From assembly GCF_009914755.1 (NCBI RefSeq), contig NC_060926.1: DNA of 64,000 nt; one strand, 5' to 3'. This stretch comes from the human T2T-CHM13v2.0 reference genome, Homo sapiens. Under the pieces are notes generated by a model. That model had not been told where the DNA came from, did no database searches, and saw only the letters and a program-made list of their open reading frames with translations. Shown here in pieces: positions 20,634 to 39,130 of the stretch (position 1 is its first letter; every line of letters starts with the position of its first letter). Made by a program: the position numbers and the translations under genes.

Positions 20634-23600
20634 GTGCCAGGGAGCCAGCGTACCTCAGCGTCGGGCCTGGCCCGAGCTGTCTCTGTGGTGCTTTTGCCCT
20701 CATACCTGGGGGCGGGTTGGGGGTGCAGAAGTCTTTTTATCTCTATATACATATATAGATGCGCATATCATATATATGTATTTATGGTCCAAACCTCAGA
20801 ACTGACCCGCCCCTCCCTTACCCCCACTTCCCCAGCACTTTGAAGAAGAAACTACGGCTGTCGGGTGATTTTTCCGTGATCTTAATATTTATATCTCCAA
20901 GTTGTCCCCCCCCCTTGTCTGGGGGGTTTTTATTTTTATTTTCTCTTTGTTTTTAAAACTCTATCCTTGTATATCACAATAATGGAAAGAAAGTTTATAG
21001 TATCCTTTCACAAAGGAGTAGTTTTAAATTCCATTTAAAATGTGTATTTATTGGATTTTTTAAAAGCGACAATAGTAATGGTAAAGGATGGGCAGGAAAG
21101 GCCAGTAGTGCTCCCCCGCCCAGTCTCGCTGGGTCTGGCGAGCCAAGCCCCTCGGGCGCTGGCGAGGTCCTCAGCCATCTGCCCCTCGAGAGCCAAGCGC
21201 GGACGGTAGCCACCCAGTTCATCCCTCCCGACATACACCCCTTCCCTTTGGGGAAGGGAGCCTCAGGACAGCTTCTGTCCTCTCTGATAGGATGGGAGAG
21301 TCTGCAGAAAACCATCTGGGGTCCCTTTTCCAGTCCCCGGCTTGGAGTCGAAGGGCAGATGCACCCCAGGCCAGCCCCACGAGATGCTGGCATAGCTTTC
21401 CCCAGAAACCAGGTTGGAAGTAGATGGCTTCAAGCTTGCTAGTCTCCACACTGAATCCTCTGTCCGTTATTTATGGAGTCACACGATGTCATGGTTCACT
21501 AGGCAGCACCTCACGCTGGAGCTGGAGTGCGAGGTTCTTAGGGGCCGTGCCCACCATGTTGCCAAGCCAATGCATGCTGAGCTGAAGGAATTTGTCTTAG
21601 TGGCAGTTTTTTAAAAAATGCCCCCAAAGTCTATGCTGATACTGAAAAAGGGCTACTGTATCTTTAAAAACAGGAAGTTGAACCCAAGCTGTGAAAAGCC
21701 AGTGGTGCTCTGTGCATGGTGCTGTGCGGAGCCTGGTGCTGTAGTGTTGTGCTGGGACTTTCTTGACTCTTGGGCAGGTCACATCCTACAGGAGCTCAGC
21801 AGACCAGTGTAACAACAGTTAATGCATCTATCCTGATCCCTGAATTTCCACATTGGACAATGGTGCATGCCTCACACCTGAGCCTGCTTCCTCCATGCTG
21901 TCATTGGGTTCGGGGGCCTACACTTAACAATTTTAAAGTGCAAGAGTCAAACATTTTCAACAGGTTGCTATAATTTTCCTCCCTAATTGGTGCCATTTCT
22001 CCATTTGATCATTTTCTTTTTTTCCTTTCTCCCCTCTTCATCCACTTTAATATAGCTGTTCTGAAATTCTGGTGCATTCATTCGGTTCTTTGAAATGAGA
22101 ATGTGGTGCTTAATTTTTGTGACGTTGTCGAGAGAGGTTGGGCCTGATGGGAGCAACACTCATCATCACCAAGTCAAACTTTGTTGGAGTGTTGGTTTTT
22201 CTTGTGATATTAGCAGAAATGATCTCATGCTAGCCATGTGGATGTGTGTGTGGTGAATGGGGGGCTTCATCAGGACACACAGAGGGGAATGTGGCCACAC
22301 GGTGGATGACCACCAAGCCCTGAGATGAACAGGTATTTACTGAGCAGTTGTATTCAGATATGGGTCTTCATGAATCATGTTTAACAATCAGATGACCGCT
22401 ATAGGCAAGTTCCTGAGCTTCCGGGTGCCTTGAGTAAGAGCTGAGAACCGGCCTGCTGGGTGTTTACTGTATCTGTTTGGAAGCACTGGCGGAGGGTCGT
22501 TGTAAGATGTCCTGAGCATTTATGTGGTCTGGTTTTAACTGTAAATAGTGAAAGATTTTTTTAAGCACTTTTGCCTAGATTTAAACAGCAACTTGAAAAA
22601 AAAAGTATGTTTTAACATGTAATTGTGGGAGAAATTGTAAATAGTAGCCGAATATTTAATGTGCTTTGTCTATCCTCCACTTTTACCATATTCTGTAAAG
22701 TTGCATTTATTTTACAGGACAAAAAAATGAAATATTATTGCTTTTGAAATAAATACCCAAGAGCTTATCAGGACTTAGAATTATTCAGAACTCAGATTTA
22801 TAGGAAAACCTCTGACCTTCAGTTTGACAAGCTAAAGGAAGCAGAGTCTTTAATGAGCATGCTAATTTTCTAGTTTTGAGGAAAAATTGGGTCCTTTAAA
22901 TGCTATTTTGCTTATCGCATCAGTACTTTTATGCAGGTCTCATTTGACTCCGTGCTTAGGTAGATGCGGGGGTGCCTTGAAAACTTCATTTTAAATGATC
23001 TTAAGCAAGAAATACAATATTTTACGAAACATTTGGAGAATGTGACCGTCTGTATGACCCGTGGAAGCCCCAGGTTGGCTGTTGGTTTGGAAGGTCCCGA
23101 GTGTAACCCAGGTGATTCTGATACTTGGCATGTGTGAATCTTCCTGATGTATGTTAAATAAACTCTTCCCCTCATCACCCTTTGGTAGGAAAGCCATTAG
23201 ATGAAAGGAGAAACCAATACAAGCTAAAAGCATGCGACGTCTGTCCCCCAGCCCAAACAGCCTTGGTTCATCAGTTTCTGCAGTAGGAGATAGGCTGCTG
23301 AGAGGTGAGTCAAGAGGCAGTCTCCATTGGATGTCCCCACTCCCCGCAGAATGGCGTTTCCAGAGTTAGGCGGTGTGGTTGCCGTGCTCAAGCCCATGCT
23401 GATTTGTACACTACATGTCTAACCTACCTCAAATCTCAGTCATTAAAATTAGCATGCTTTAGACATATATTTAAAAAGTAACTATGCACAGCTCTTTATC
23501 CCCCCCTTGCTGCTGAAGCTTTCTTAAAGAGAAAAATCAAATTTTTATTTTTTACTGGCACTATCATTTTTTAAGTCCTAAAGATGATTAACAGACATTT

Positions 23601-26600
23601 TTATCATGAGAAGAAAAATAAAGCCATTGCAACTAAAGAACCTAACAGCATGACCAAGTTCGAAGAGTCATATTATAGCAACGGAAATCGATGGCGTCTT
23701 AGTCATCTCCCCAGTGTGCCCTGTCCACGGACACCATCCACGTGCAGTGCAAACATTTGGTTCCTTTTCTGCTCTGTTTTGTTTTCCCTGCCTGTTGCGT
23801 GCAAGGGAAGTGCTTGTAAAGTTCTGTGCTACGAGATTTTTAAAATAAAAATCGCTTCGCAGCAGGTTCTCACAAAATAACTGGTGCTAGCTCAAGAAAT
23901 CATCATCTGACCATCAGAAATCTTGACTAAAGGTGTTGCATGGATTTGGGGGTCTTTCGGTTTTTGGTTTTGGGTCTGGCTTTTAGCAGGGCCAATGTTT
24001 CCCACACCCCGGCTTCATGGGTACTGCTTTGCCTTCTCACCAAGGTGACGATGGTGTGCGTGGAAAGAGATGATACCCCACCGCCCCCTCTTGGTCCTTC
24101 CACCAGCCTCTTTTGGGAACAGTAGTTTGCAGAGCAAGGGATTTTTAAAGCGCTAAAGGAAAGAAGTAGCAGAGCTTAACTGCTTTGTACCACACAGCAG
24201 TAGATGTGCAAGGACGGTTGACAATGAGTCGATGATAACCTAATTTCATTGAGAGAAACCCAGCCAGACTTGCTTCTAGAGGTTTAATCACCATGAGATC
24301 TCAAACCAAGGCAAAGCTGGTGGAAAACTATATGATATCCCTGACGTGCCTCAACCAGTATCTCTTTCCTTTTGTTACTGAAGTGTGTTTTATGGACTAG
24401 GAAGCATTTTTATGAATTGAAATAGTCTAAATAAAATGGTGCTATGGTGTTTTAATGTGACTGTCCCTGATCCTGTCTTGCTGAGGTGCTATCAACGTTC
24501 TGAAACCACAACCAACCAAAAACAAGGTGGGCTCCAGTCTCTTGGCTTTTTTTTTTTCCCTCCCCTCTTTTGGTGCTGTCTTAGACCCGTTTACCGTGCT
24601 ATAATCTGCTCTGAGCAGTGTTGTGTTGTGTTGTATTGTTCTTCCCTTGGTGGCCAAACAAAGCAAGTCGAGAAGGCAGCTATCTCCCTTTCTGTGATCG
24701 GGAGTGGGCCTGCCTGGCTTGGCAGGTGCTTTTTGGTTCCACACCTGTCTTCTCAGGCTTGATGTGAAAGAAAGGGCGAAGGGTTTTTTGAGTTTTTGTT
24801 TTTGAGGAAGGGGAGTTGGGTACTTCTGCCTCTCCTAGCATGATAGGCATTCTCATAGCCAGGGACAGATTTTCTCCTGCAGCCCAGGGTGCTAAGCAGA
24901 CATCTCTGGGAGTCCCAAGGGCACACCAAGGGAGACCAGATGGATCTCCTTCCTCCCCTGGCACTGGCTGGGACCATGGTGGGCAGGGGCTTCATTCTCT
25001 GACCCAGCGTTGCTTCTGCCTCTCATTGGTAACCCCTTATGTTCGGACTAAAGGAAGGAGCTTTCTTTGCTCACTCGATGCCACTGAGGCTGCTTTTTAG
25101 TTGGTGCTAACCTAAATTTCTTCTTGGGTCCACAGAAGTTGATGTTTTAAAAACTCACCAGGAAGCTCCATTTTGTGTCATCCACTGTCACAATAATTTT
25201 TTTAAATACCTCAAAAACAGGACATCATGACAACTTCAGTAAAGTAGATTCCATGAGGGTCTGATACCTGCAGGTTGTCCGTCTGATGACATACTTGACC
25301 TTGAAAAATCTGGGGTCATTTTGTTTTTCATTCTTCAGCAGTTAAGATAGCGGAACGCCGAAAGGAAGGAGCGTAGTTGGCTGTATTTCATGTTTAAGTT
25401 TTGCTTTTGAATAAAATGTGAATTTCCTATGCCCATCTCATTGAGCTTTCTCAGTCATTGTTGCTGTCATTTGAAATGACTCCCTCAAAACCTAGTTTTA
25501 TTAGCCAGCTGCCTCTGCTGTAGTACATGGCCAACTTCAACATACCCTGGACCAAAACATTTTTGAGGTGCATACCCCCAACATAAGTTACACAGTCCCA
25601 CATCCAGGTGCACAGAGTGCGAGTGCACTCCGCGAGTGCGGGGGGAGGGGCGGCCCCCTCTGGTGCTCCCAGCCCTTCCTCCTGCAGAGCTGCAGGCAAG
25701 AGCAGAGCAATAGGCTTCTCCCCTGAGCAGAGACCGCAGCACAGAAATGCAAGGTCTAAAGTTGCTTTTTGCCTAAGAATCAGCGAGCAATTTGGCCTAC
25801 TTCCTCATTGGCTTCTATTCTGATATCAGGGATGCTTTTTGTAGTGGTATTGTTTGCTCCCTCTTCGCGTTTTGACTACCCGTCATTCAGGGGTAACTCA
25901 TCACTCTTCACACGGGGATTTAAATTAAGAAACTAATTGGCTCATGTGAACATTCCAAATTTTCTTGGTTTCAATACCCTTTTTTTTCTTTTGAGGGGAA
26001 AAGAGGGGAGAAAAACAGGAGTGATGTCATTTCTTTTTCATGTATTCCAATTAAAGAAACAAGGGCAGGTCGTATAATGGCATATTAATACATTAGACTT
26101 AATCTAGAACCCCTGTAGCTTTTTGATGTGTTTTATTTCTTATCTCTTTGAATTCCTGTTTGGTTACTTGGCTTCCAATGGAGGTGAACTTAACAACCAT
26201 ACTTGAATATTCCGTCTTGACTTTGTAAACTGTGGCTACTTGAAATGAAGTTTATCTGGGGTTGATGGATGAATGGTAGATTTTTGCAATGTCTCAAGGC
26301 AATAGGATGTGTATTAAACTGTAGATATTCTTAGTACAGTAAATTTATGCTGATAATTTTATTTTGTATAATTTTTACCTTTTTGTTAATATTTTTTCCT
26401 TCCACTTTATTGGTTTGCCTCCTGAGCTACCCCTCCTTACCCTCCCTTCTCCCTCAGTGTTTCAGTAAATTTAATTTAGGGTGCCTAGAAATTGCAAGTA
26501 TGTATCCTTTTTGATTTGTATTTTATTATAATTTACACAAACAACTGGGTTTGTGAACTGTATTACTCCTGGTATCTTTAAAATATTGTGGGTGTTTTAA

Positions 26601-26630
26601 TAAATTTTATATTTATTTTTTGCACTCAAA
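20634..26630 (+). other. TET3: TET3 3'UTR (~6 kb, no Alu seen)
   Basis: Follows the stop codon; AU/U-rich, dense in miRNA seed matches, ends after AATAAA. The cleavage site is estimated. Confidence 0.85.
26599..26604 (+). terminator. TET3: TET3 distal polyadenylation signal AATAAA
   Basis: U-rich upstream context with TGTA motifs and a GU/U-rich downstream element (cagtgtgggttctcttttt) about 30 nt later. Confidence 0.8.
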
Positions 26631-29600
26631 TTCAGTGTGGGTTCTCTTTTTCCCCTTCTTGAACCAGGACTGGAATGTGATGTGTCAGGTACCCTGTAAC
26701 CTCACCCACCCACCGTATGTTGTAGATGTACAAATGAAGCCCTCACTAATAGCAGCAGCGGAACCTGGCCTTGTCCATTCTGCCACCTGGATAAAGGAAT
26801 GTTCAGAGGCTATCAGCTGTTAAAACGGGATCTAAAGGGAGAAAATAGAGATGGCCTTTTTCTCATCTATGTTTCTCTTTTTGTTTTCTTTCCCTTTTAT
26901 GTTTTTTTGTCCTTTTTTTTCTTTCCACTGGGAGATACCTCCCTCCTACTAAAATTAACTTCTGATGTTTGTTAGGTTTGCTAAAGGATCACCAAATGCT
27001 GCTTGGTTCGGATGGCTTGAACAGCAAGTCTAGTAGGGATTGGCTAATATACGGAACCCGAGATTCTGCTGACCAGCGGCAGAGGTTTCCCGCAAGATCC
27101 CATGCCTGGAGCTACCTTCTTTAATTCAAATTGCCAATTCTGGAGGTGGCTGTTCTTGAAAAGGGAATATGAATTGAGGAAGGAGGAGAGAGAATAGTGA
27201 ATCTGCTTGCTCTTCCTCCTTCCTCCTGCATGAAACATCTGACTGAAATTGATCCAGTGTCTTTGAGGGACAACCAGCCCAGCTGTTGATAAGGACTTCA
27301 GCAATATCCCAACATCCCAAGTCACTCTAGGTGGGAAAGTTCATCTCTGAGGGCATCTGAGTGAAAATACCATGATCATAATGAGTGCCAGGTGATCGGC
27401 TTGGAGGTTTTTATCTCCATTTTACTTTGCTTGCAAAGGAACCCACTGGAAATGCCTTGGCACACCTGGCTATCCAGGGATCCTCAAACATGTTTATATG
27501 TTTTACAAAAGTGGGGTCACACTGTGTTTTGTAACCTGCTTTCCTCCTTGAGTTGGAAGAGACCTAGTTCTGTCCCCTTCCTGAGCGCCTGTCATGATGG
27601 ATCCATCTGCAGAGCCTGAAGGGAGGGCCAGGACATTCCTCCTTCAGCTGGGGCTGGTTTCACTATTGGTTAGCTATAAATATGCTGCCATCTCTTCTTA
27701 TACAAGTTCCATGTTAAATATAGAAAATTAGAAGACAGAAGTTCTTAAAAGTTATCTGAAATCCCACCACGAGAGAACCGCATATTGGTTGCAAACATTT
27801 TGAGTGTGTAAATACGACCCATATGTATTTTTTCAAATGGAATACAATAATACAATCTTGTAATCTTTTTGCACTTAAACTATCTTTATCAGTATGCAGA
27901 ATAGCATCTTTTTAAATAGTTGCCTAGCAATGTTTTTAGTATGGATACAGAAGCATTTAATCATCCCTGTATCACCAAACTCTTTAACATCCCAAGTTGT
28001 TGCAATTATAAATTGAACTAATCTAAATGTGCCTCCATGTAAATCCCACTCAGTCTATTTCTTTCTACGCTGAGAAGCGTTGCAGTAAATTCCCCTCTGC
28101 CACGTGACTACATTCTTAATTCCATAAACCTTCTTGTAACAGGTCCAGGCCCTGTCCACCACTACTCCCCACCGTGCCCCCGTCTGTTCACACCTAGAGC
28201 ATCATTATTCATATTGGGATCTCTAGAAATGAGCAATTTGTTCCAGATGGGATCCGGCTCATGCAAGCCAAGCACAAAGACACCAAGGAGCCCCACGATC
28301 TGGACACACTATTTTTATGAGTGTACACCAAGGTTTATTAGCTTTTTAAGCAGCGGCTTGTGGCTTGGAAAGAACATAGATCCCTCACTTCCCAATTGTG
28401 TGATTTGATGAGGGTTTCATCTCCCTGTGTCATTTTGTCAATAAGACAGGCTAATGATACCACATAAGATATAAGGATAAAAAAATTGCTACAGAAGTGA
28501 AAGTGCCAGGCATTCGGGACATAGCAAGTAATAAGAGCTATCATTATTACTCTTGACATATGCAAAGCTTTAGATCACTAAGGAATCCAAGACTAGTCTT
28601 GGGACCACATAGTGACCTCTTCAGTGAACTTTTGCCAAATCAGGTCCACTAACTCAAGTCTGCGTGCAATTTTTTTTTTTAATGCTTCACACAGCAGTTG
28701 AAATGTAGCCATCTTAAATGAACTGTTTAACCCACTCTCCCTGCCTATTTTGAATCTTAATTTTGTCAAATATTGGTTTACCCAACCCAGCTACACAACT
28801 TGGTCAGCAACTTTGTTGTGTGTTCTGATGCTCTTGTAAGCTTCTTAAGCTTGGAGAGCTGTTAGTCATCTTTGTCTCCCATTGTACTCTGAAAATAATG
28901 GGCATTCAACATCCCATGTCCATGGGATGGTGCATCCATACATACATCATGTCCCTGCAAGGGGACATGAAGCCCTAAAAACATGTTCGACACACATAAT
29001 CCAGTGTACATTCTTGTCAGAGCCATGAACACAACATAGAAGACGTGAAAGACAAAGCTTTGTTAAATTCTAGATACCCCCCAGCACCTCATCCCCACTC
29101 CAGAGGTCTTAGCAGAGGCCTGCTTTCCTCTACTGAGAAGCCCAACCCCAGGCCCAGGGAGCCTGCCCAATTTCCGTCACCACACTTCAAACCATCTTCC
29201 TGTATGTTTGTCCTCTTTACTGTACACACACCCCTGCTGCTCGGTACCCCTGACTCTCACTCTCCATGTGCACCCTGTGCTGCTCCTGTGGAACATGCTT
29301 CATCCATTAACCCTTTTCTGTGGCTTCTCCCCATCACGTGCTCTCAGGTTCACCCCAGCCTGACCCTGCTGTGCCTCATAGACCTTTCCCACTCCTTCCT
29401 ATCACCACCACATATCTGCAGGTGTAGACAACCTCCTAGCTTGAAGGTCCATACCACTCACTCACCTGTACCTTTATTTCTCCAGAAATAGTCAGCTTCT
29501 GAGCCAGGGATCCTCATCCTCACTGACCTCTGTGAAGCCCTGGAAACCCTCTGCTCCCGGACTGCATAGCCAGGAACATTCCATTGTCCCAGGACCCTGC

Positions 29601-31159
29601 CCCCTTTCATGAGCCCCTTTGTGACCTCTTGTCCTTTAAACACAAATGCCCCCAAAAGAATCGACTCAGTCTTCTCCACAGACTATAAGCTTTCCTTCAA
29701 AGGACTTGTTCAGCCACCAGGCCTCAACTATGACCCTAATGCCAATGATTTCCAAAGCCATGTCTAGCCTCATGAGTTTGGGCTGCTGGATAGCTCTGGG
29801 TGGCTCTTTGGTAAGGTCAAAGTCTTAACCAAAACTGACCTCTCAACTCTCCACCAAATTTCCTATTCTCCCAGTCATATCCTGACACCTGCCAAGTCTA
29901 GATTCTACATCCTCAGCATTCTCAATCCTGCTTCTCTTTGCTACTTTTATTAGCAACCCACATTGTACAGTCATACAGGCTATGCACTGCACAACTCTGG
30001 GGAACACCATTCATACAGACTACCATGTGTAAGCCTTAATTACAGATATGGACTCCTCCCTGATATGGACAGAGGCATGTTGGACAAGGACCACAGTATA
30101 GCCCTCTAAAGCTGGGGACCCAGGGCAGAGGCCTCTCATATCTTGGTCTAAATGTGAGACCCTTCAGAAAGGTTGAATGGCTTGCTCAAGACCATCCAGC
30201 TAGGAAATGGCAGAGCCCAGAATCAACCCAGGTGTATTTGGTGCCAAAGTTTGTGCCCTATCCAAATATACCCCTGTTTCTTCTGTACCTTAAGACCCAC
30301 AAACCCAAGGGACATTGTCCTCACTGGTGGGAATCTACCTACCTAAAGCTTAGGGCATGACCTGAGTCTGTGGGTCTATGGGCACAAGAGGCACAGGTTG
30401 CAACAAAGTGGCTCCACAGGAAGACTTTGGCTCTTCAGAGCATCTTCAACAGGTATTGTTATTTGAAAGACTTCAATTCTAGCCCCCATTTGATCTCCCT
30501 GCCCAGCTTACCAAAGCCAATCTCCTTACTCAGATAATCTTTCTAAAAACCAAATCAGATGATACTATTTCCCTGTAATACTCCTCGATACTCCCCATTT
30601 GATACAGCTCTCAGGATAAGACACATTTTAACTTTGTCGCAGGGCCCCACAGGACTTGGCCCCAGCTTGCATCTTTAGTAACACTGCAGGCCATTTGGTG
30701 TCTTTTATCTGATTATCTCCTTGGTGCACCTCCCCATGTGGCCTCTCAAATATGAAGGGTCTTCTGATGGTAATGCCAGTAATACCACCAAGAACCCACT
30801 CCTTTTATTTACTTATTTGCTTTTAAAGTATCTGTAAGAAACTAACTCCTTTTGAAATCCATTAAAACATTTACATAAACTATAAAACCGCTCCAAATAA
30901 AGAAAATTATCAATAAGAACCAAAACATCAGCAAAATTATACTCAAGGAAGTAAATAAACAGGAAACCAAGTTAACCAAGTTATCTAAAGCCAAATAAAA
31001 AGTTTTACTACATAAAAAACAATATGCAGATCTAAGGGTATAAAATTTTTTAAAATTATTTTAAAAAACAAATATTAAGAACTCAAAGACTAGTAATGAG
31101 TGCTTTGCAAGAAATACAAGAGATTAGACAGTGACTACAATCTACTTTCAAAAAGATTA

Positions 31160-35230
<4,071 letters not shown>

Positions 35231-35542
35231 GATTAAAAAGAGCATCTTGCCAGGTGTGGTGGCTCGTGCCTGTAATCCCAGCACTTTGGGTGCGGCTAGG
35301 GGAGCTGTCAGCAGTCCATGGTGAGCAAAGCCCCAGCTGTGCATGAGACACTCCAGGGAGGGAGAAGGGGACTCAGACACTAAGGGGCTGGCAGGGAAGA
35401 GAAGCCAGGAGGGAGGTGAGCAGCAACCAGGGAACTCAGGGAAGCACCTCAAATGGGCAAGGGAGAGGGGAGCGGGGAGATGGGCAAGGGGTATGTGAAA
35501 GAACCCAGTGGGAACTCTGATTGGGAGCAGAAGAGGTGGTAA

Positions 35543-35920
<378 letters not shown>

Positions 35921-36100
35921 TGAGGCTCAAGTGATCCTCCTCCCTCAACCTCCTGAGTACCTGGGACCACAGGCATGCATGGGATTACAGACCTTTTGAT
36001 CCTAAAAAATGTCAAATTTATAGAAAATTTGCACAAATGGTACAATGAGCACCCACATACTCTTCACCTAGATTCACCATTTTTTAGCATTTTTGTCATA

Positions 36101-37110
<1,010 letters not shown>

Positions 37111-37526
37111 TATTTGCTTTTCTCTCTGAATACACATACACACACACATATATTTACATTTACATATATATAAACATATATATAACACATATATATGAAC
37201 CATTTGGGAATTTGTTGCAGACATCAAGACACTTCTCCTGTAAATACTTTTGTCTGTATGTCCTAAGAACAGTCATTCTCCTTCATAACTACATAAAATT
37301 ATTGCACCCAGGAAACTGATATATTATCTAATATTGAGTTCATATTCAAATTTATCCAACTTTTGCAATAATGTCTCTTATAATTGTGTTTTCCTCCTAA
37401 ACCAAGACTCAAACCAAGATCCAGTCCAGAATCACACCATGCATGTAAGTTGTAGTTTCTTGACCCTTCTTTGATCTGCAGACTGCTGCCCTATCACTTT
37501 GTTCTTTCACAATATTGCCAACTTTT

Positions 37527-37822
<296 letters not shown>

Positions 37823-38519
37823 AGATATTGCCATCTTTTAAGAACTCAAGTCAATTGCTTTGCAGAATGTTCCTCAATTTTGATTTGTCTGATTGTTTCT
37901 TCATTAATCAGGTTGAGCCTATTAGAAATACTACCCAGATGATGTGTGTTCTTCCTGTTCCTCACACCAGGAGGCACACAGTCTCAGTTTGTCCTATTAC
38001 TGGAAATGCTAAGTTTGACTTTTGGCTAAGGCAATGTCCAGCAAATGTCTCCATTGCCTGAAAAATTTCCCCTTTATAATTAATAAGTAATCCAGGAGGT
38101 GTTACTTTAAGACTGTGTGAATAACCTATTCCCAGTCTTTCACCTAATAGTTTCAGCTTCCACTGGTGATTCTTGGCTGAATCAATTATTACCACGATTG
38201 CTGCAAAATGGTGGATTTCCAATTTTATAATTCCTATATTTATTGGTTGTCATTCTACTGTTTTGAAAAAGCATCTTTACTTCTCTCTCCTTTTATATTA
38301 ATATTAGTGTAGTAGTTGTGGTAATATGAACCCATGGATTCTTTTTAATTGAATGTTTTAAATACTTGTCAAATTATACAAAATTCAACCAACGGCAGCC
38401 CCTTCAAACTTATTCCTGTGGCCTTTTGACATTCCTTGGGTGCTTCTGTTTTCTGTTACAGGCCTGAGGTGTCAGCAGGAAAGACGTACTAGTGGCCCCT
38501 GAAGCCCTGTTACCTCGGG

Positions 38520-39130
38520 CCTCTAGGACTTTCGATAGGCCGCCTCCCTTCTCTTAAGAGCCCACAGGTTGGACCTCCAGGTTCTTCCCTGGGTGCTCCC
38601 GGAAGGACGCTGCTTCGGGCTCCTCCCGGGGGAACTCCATTCTAGGCGCCCGGCTCCCGGCTCCCCCGCCCGCCCAACCCCGGAGCGCTCCATTCTCCTT
38701 GCCAGGCTGCAAACTCCGCCTCCGGTCGCTCTGGCCGACGGCCTCCACGGCGGCAGGGGGCGACCTCTCGGCAAGACTTTCCGCCGGGGTCCCAGCCCGG
38801 CAGGAGCTTCCGGAGAGATGGCGGGCGACGTCCGTACCTCTCCGTCTTTCCCTCCTGGGCTGGTGCCGTGGCTACGCCCCGGCCGCTCCACACACCTACC
38901 CGGGGGGAACGTGTGCCTGGGCCGCTGGAGTCGCGAATGGCCGGTTATTCACACGTTCAAGTACCCAAGGCAGGCGGCCCTGCAGGCGTCGTCGCGGGTT
39001 CTTCCGGCCATCTTGTTGAGGAGGGACCGGAAGGAGGAGCGGCTGAGGAGCCCAAGGAGCGGGGCGGCGGCCACTAGGAGCTCAGGAGGCAAGGGCGTGG
39101 CCGAGTGGGACCCACTTCCCTGCCTGGACC
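38520..39130. promoter_or_regulatory. CpG island / promoter-like region abutting FNBP1P1
   Basis: High GC and CpG in an otherwise CpG-poor region; ETS CCGGAAG at 38599, 38807(-), 39001(-), 39027; YY1-like GAGATGGCGG near 38815 and CAAGATGGCCG at 39005-39015(-). Confidence 0.7.

Noticed and set aside
25650-25667. CTCF-like motif in the TET3 3'UTR
   Set aside because: Mismatch at the core GGC position; too weak to call without ChIP data.
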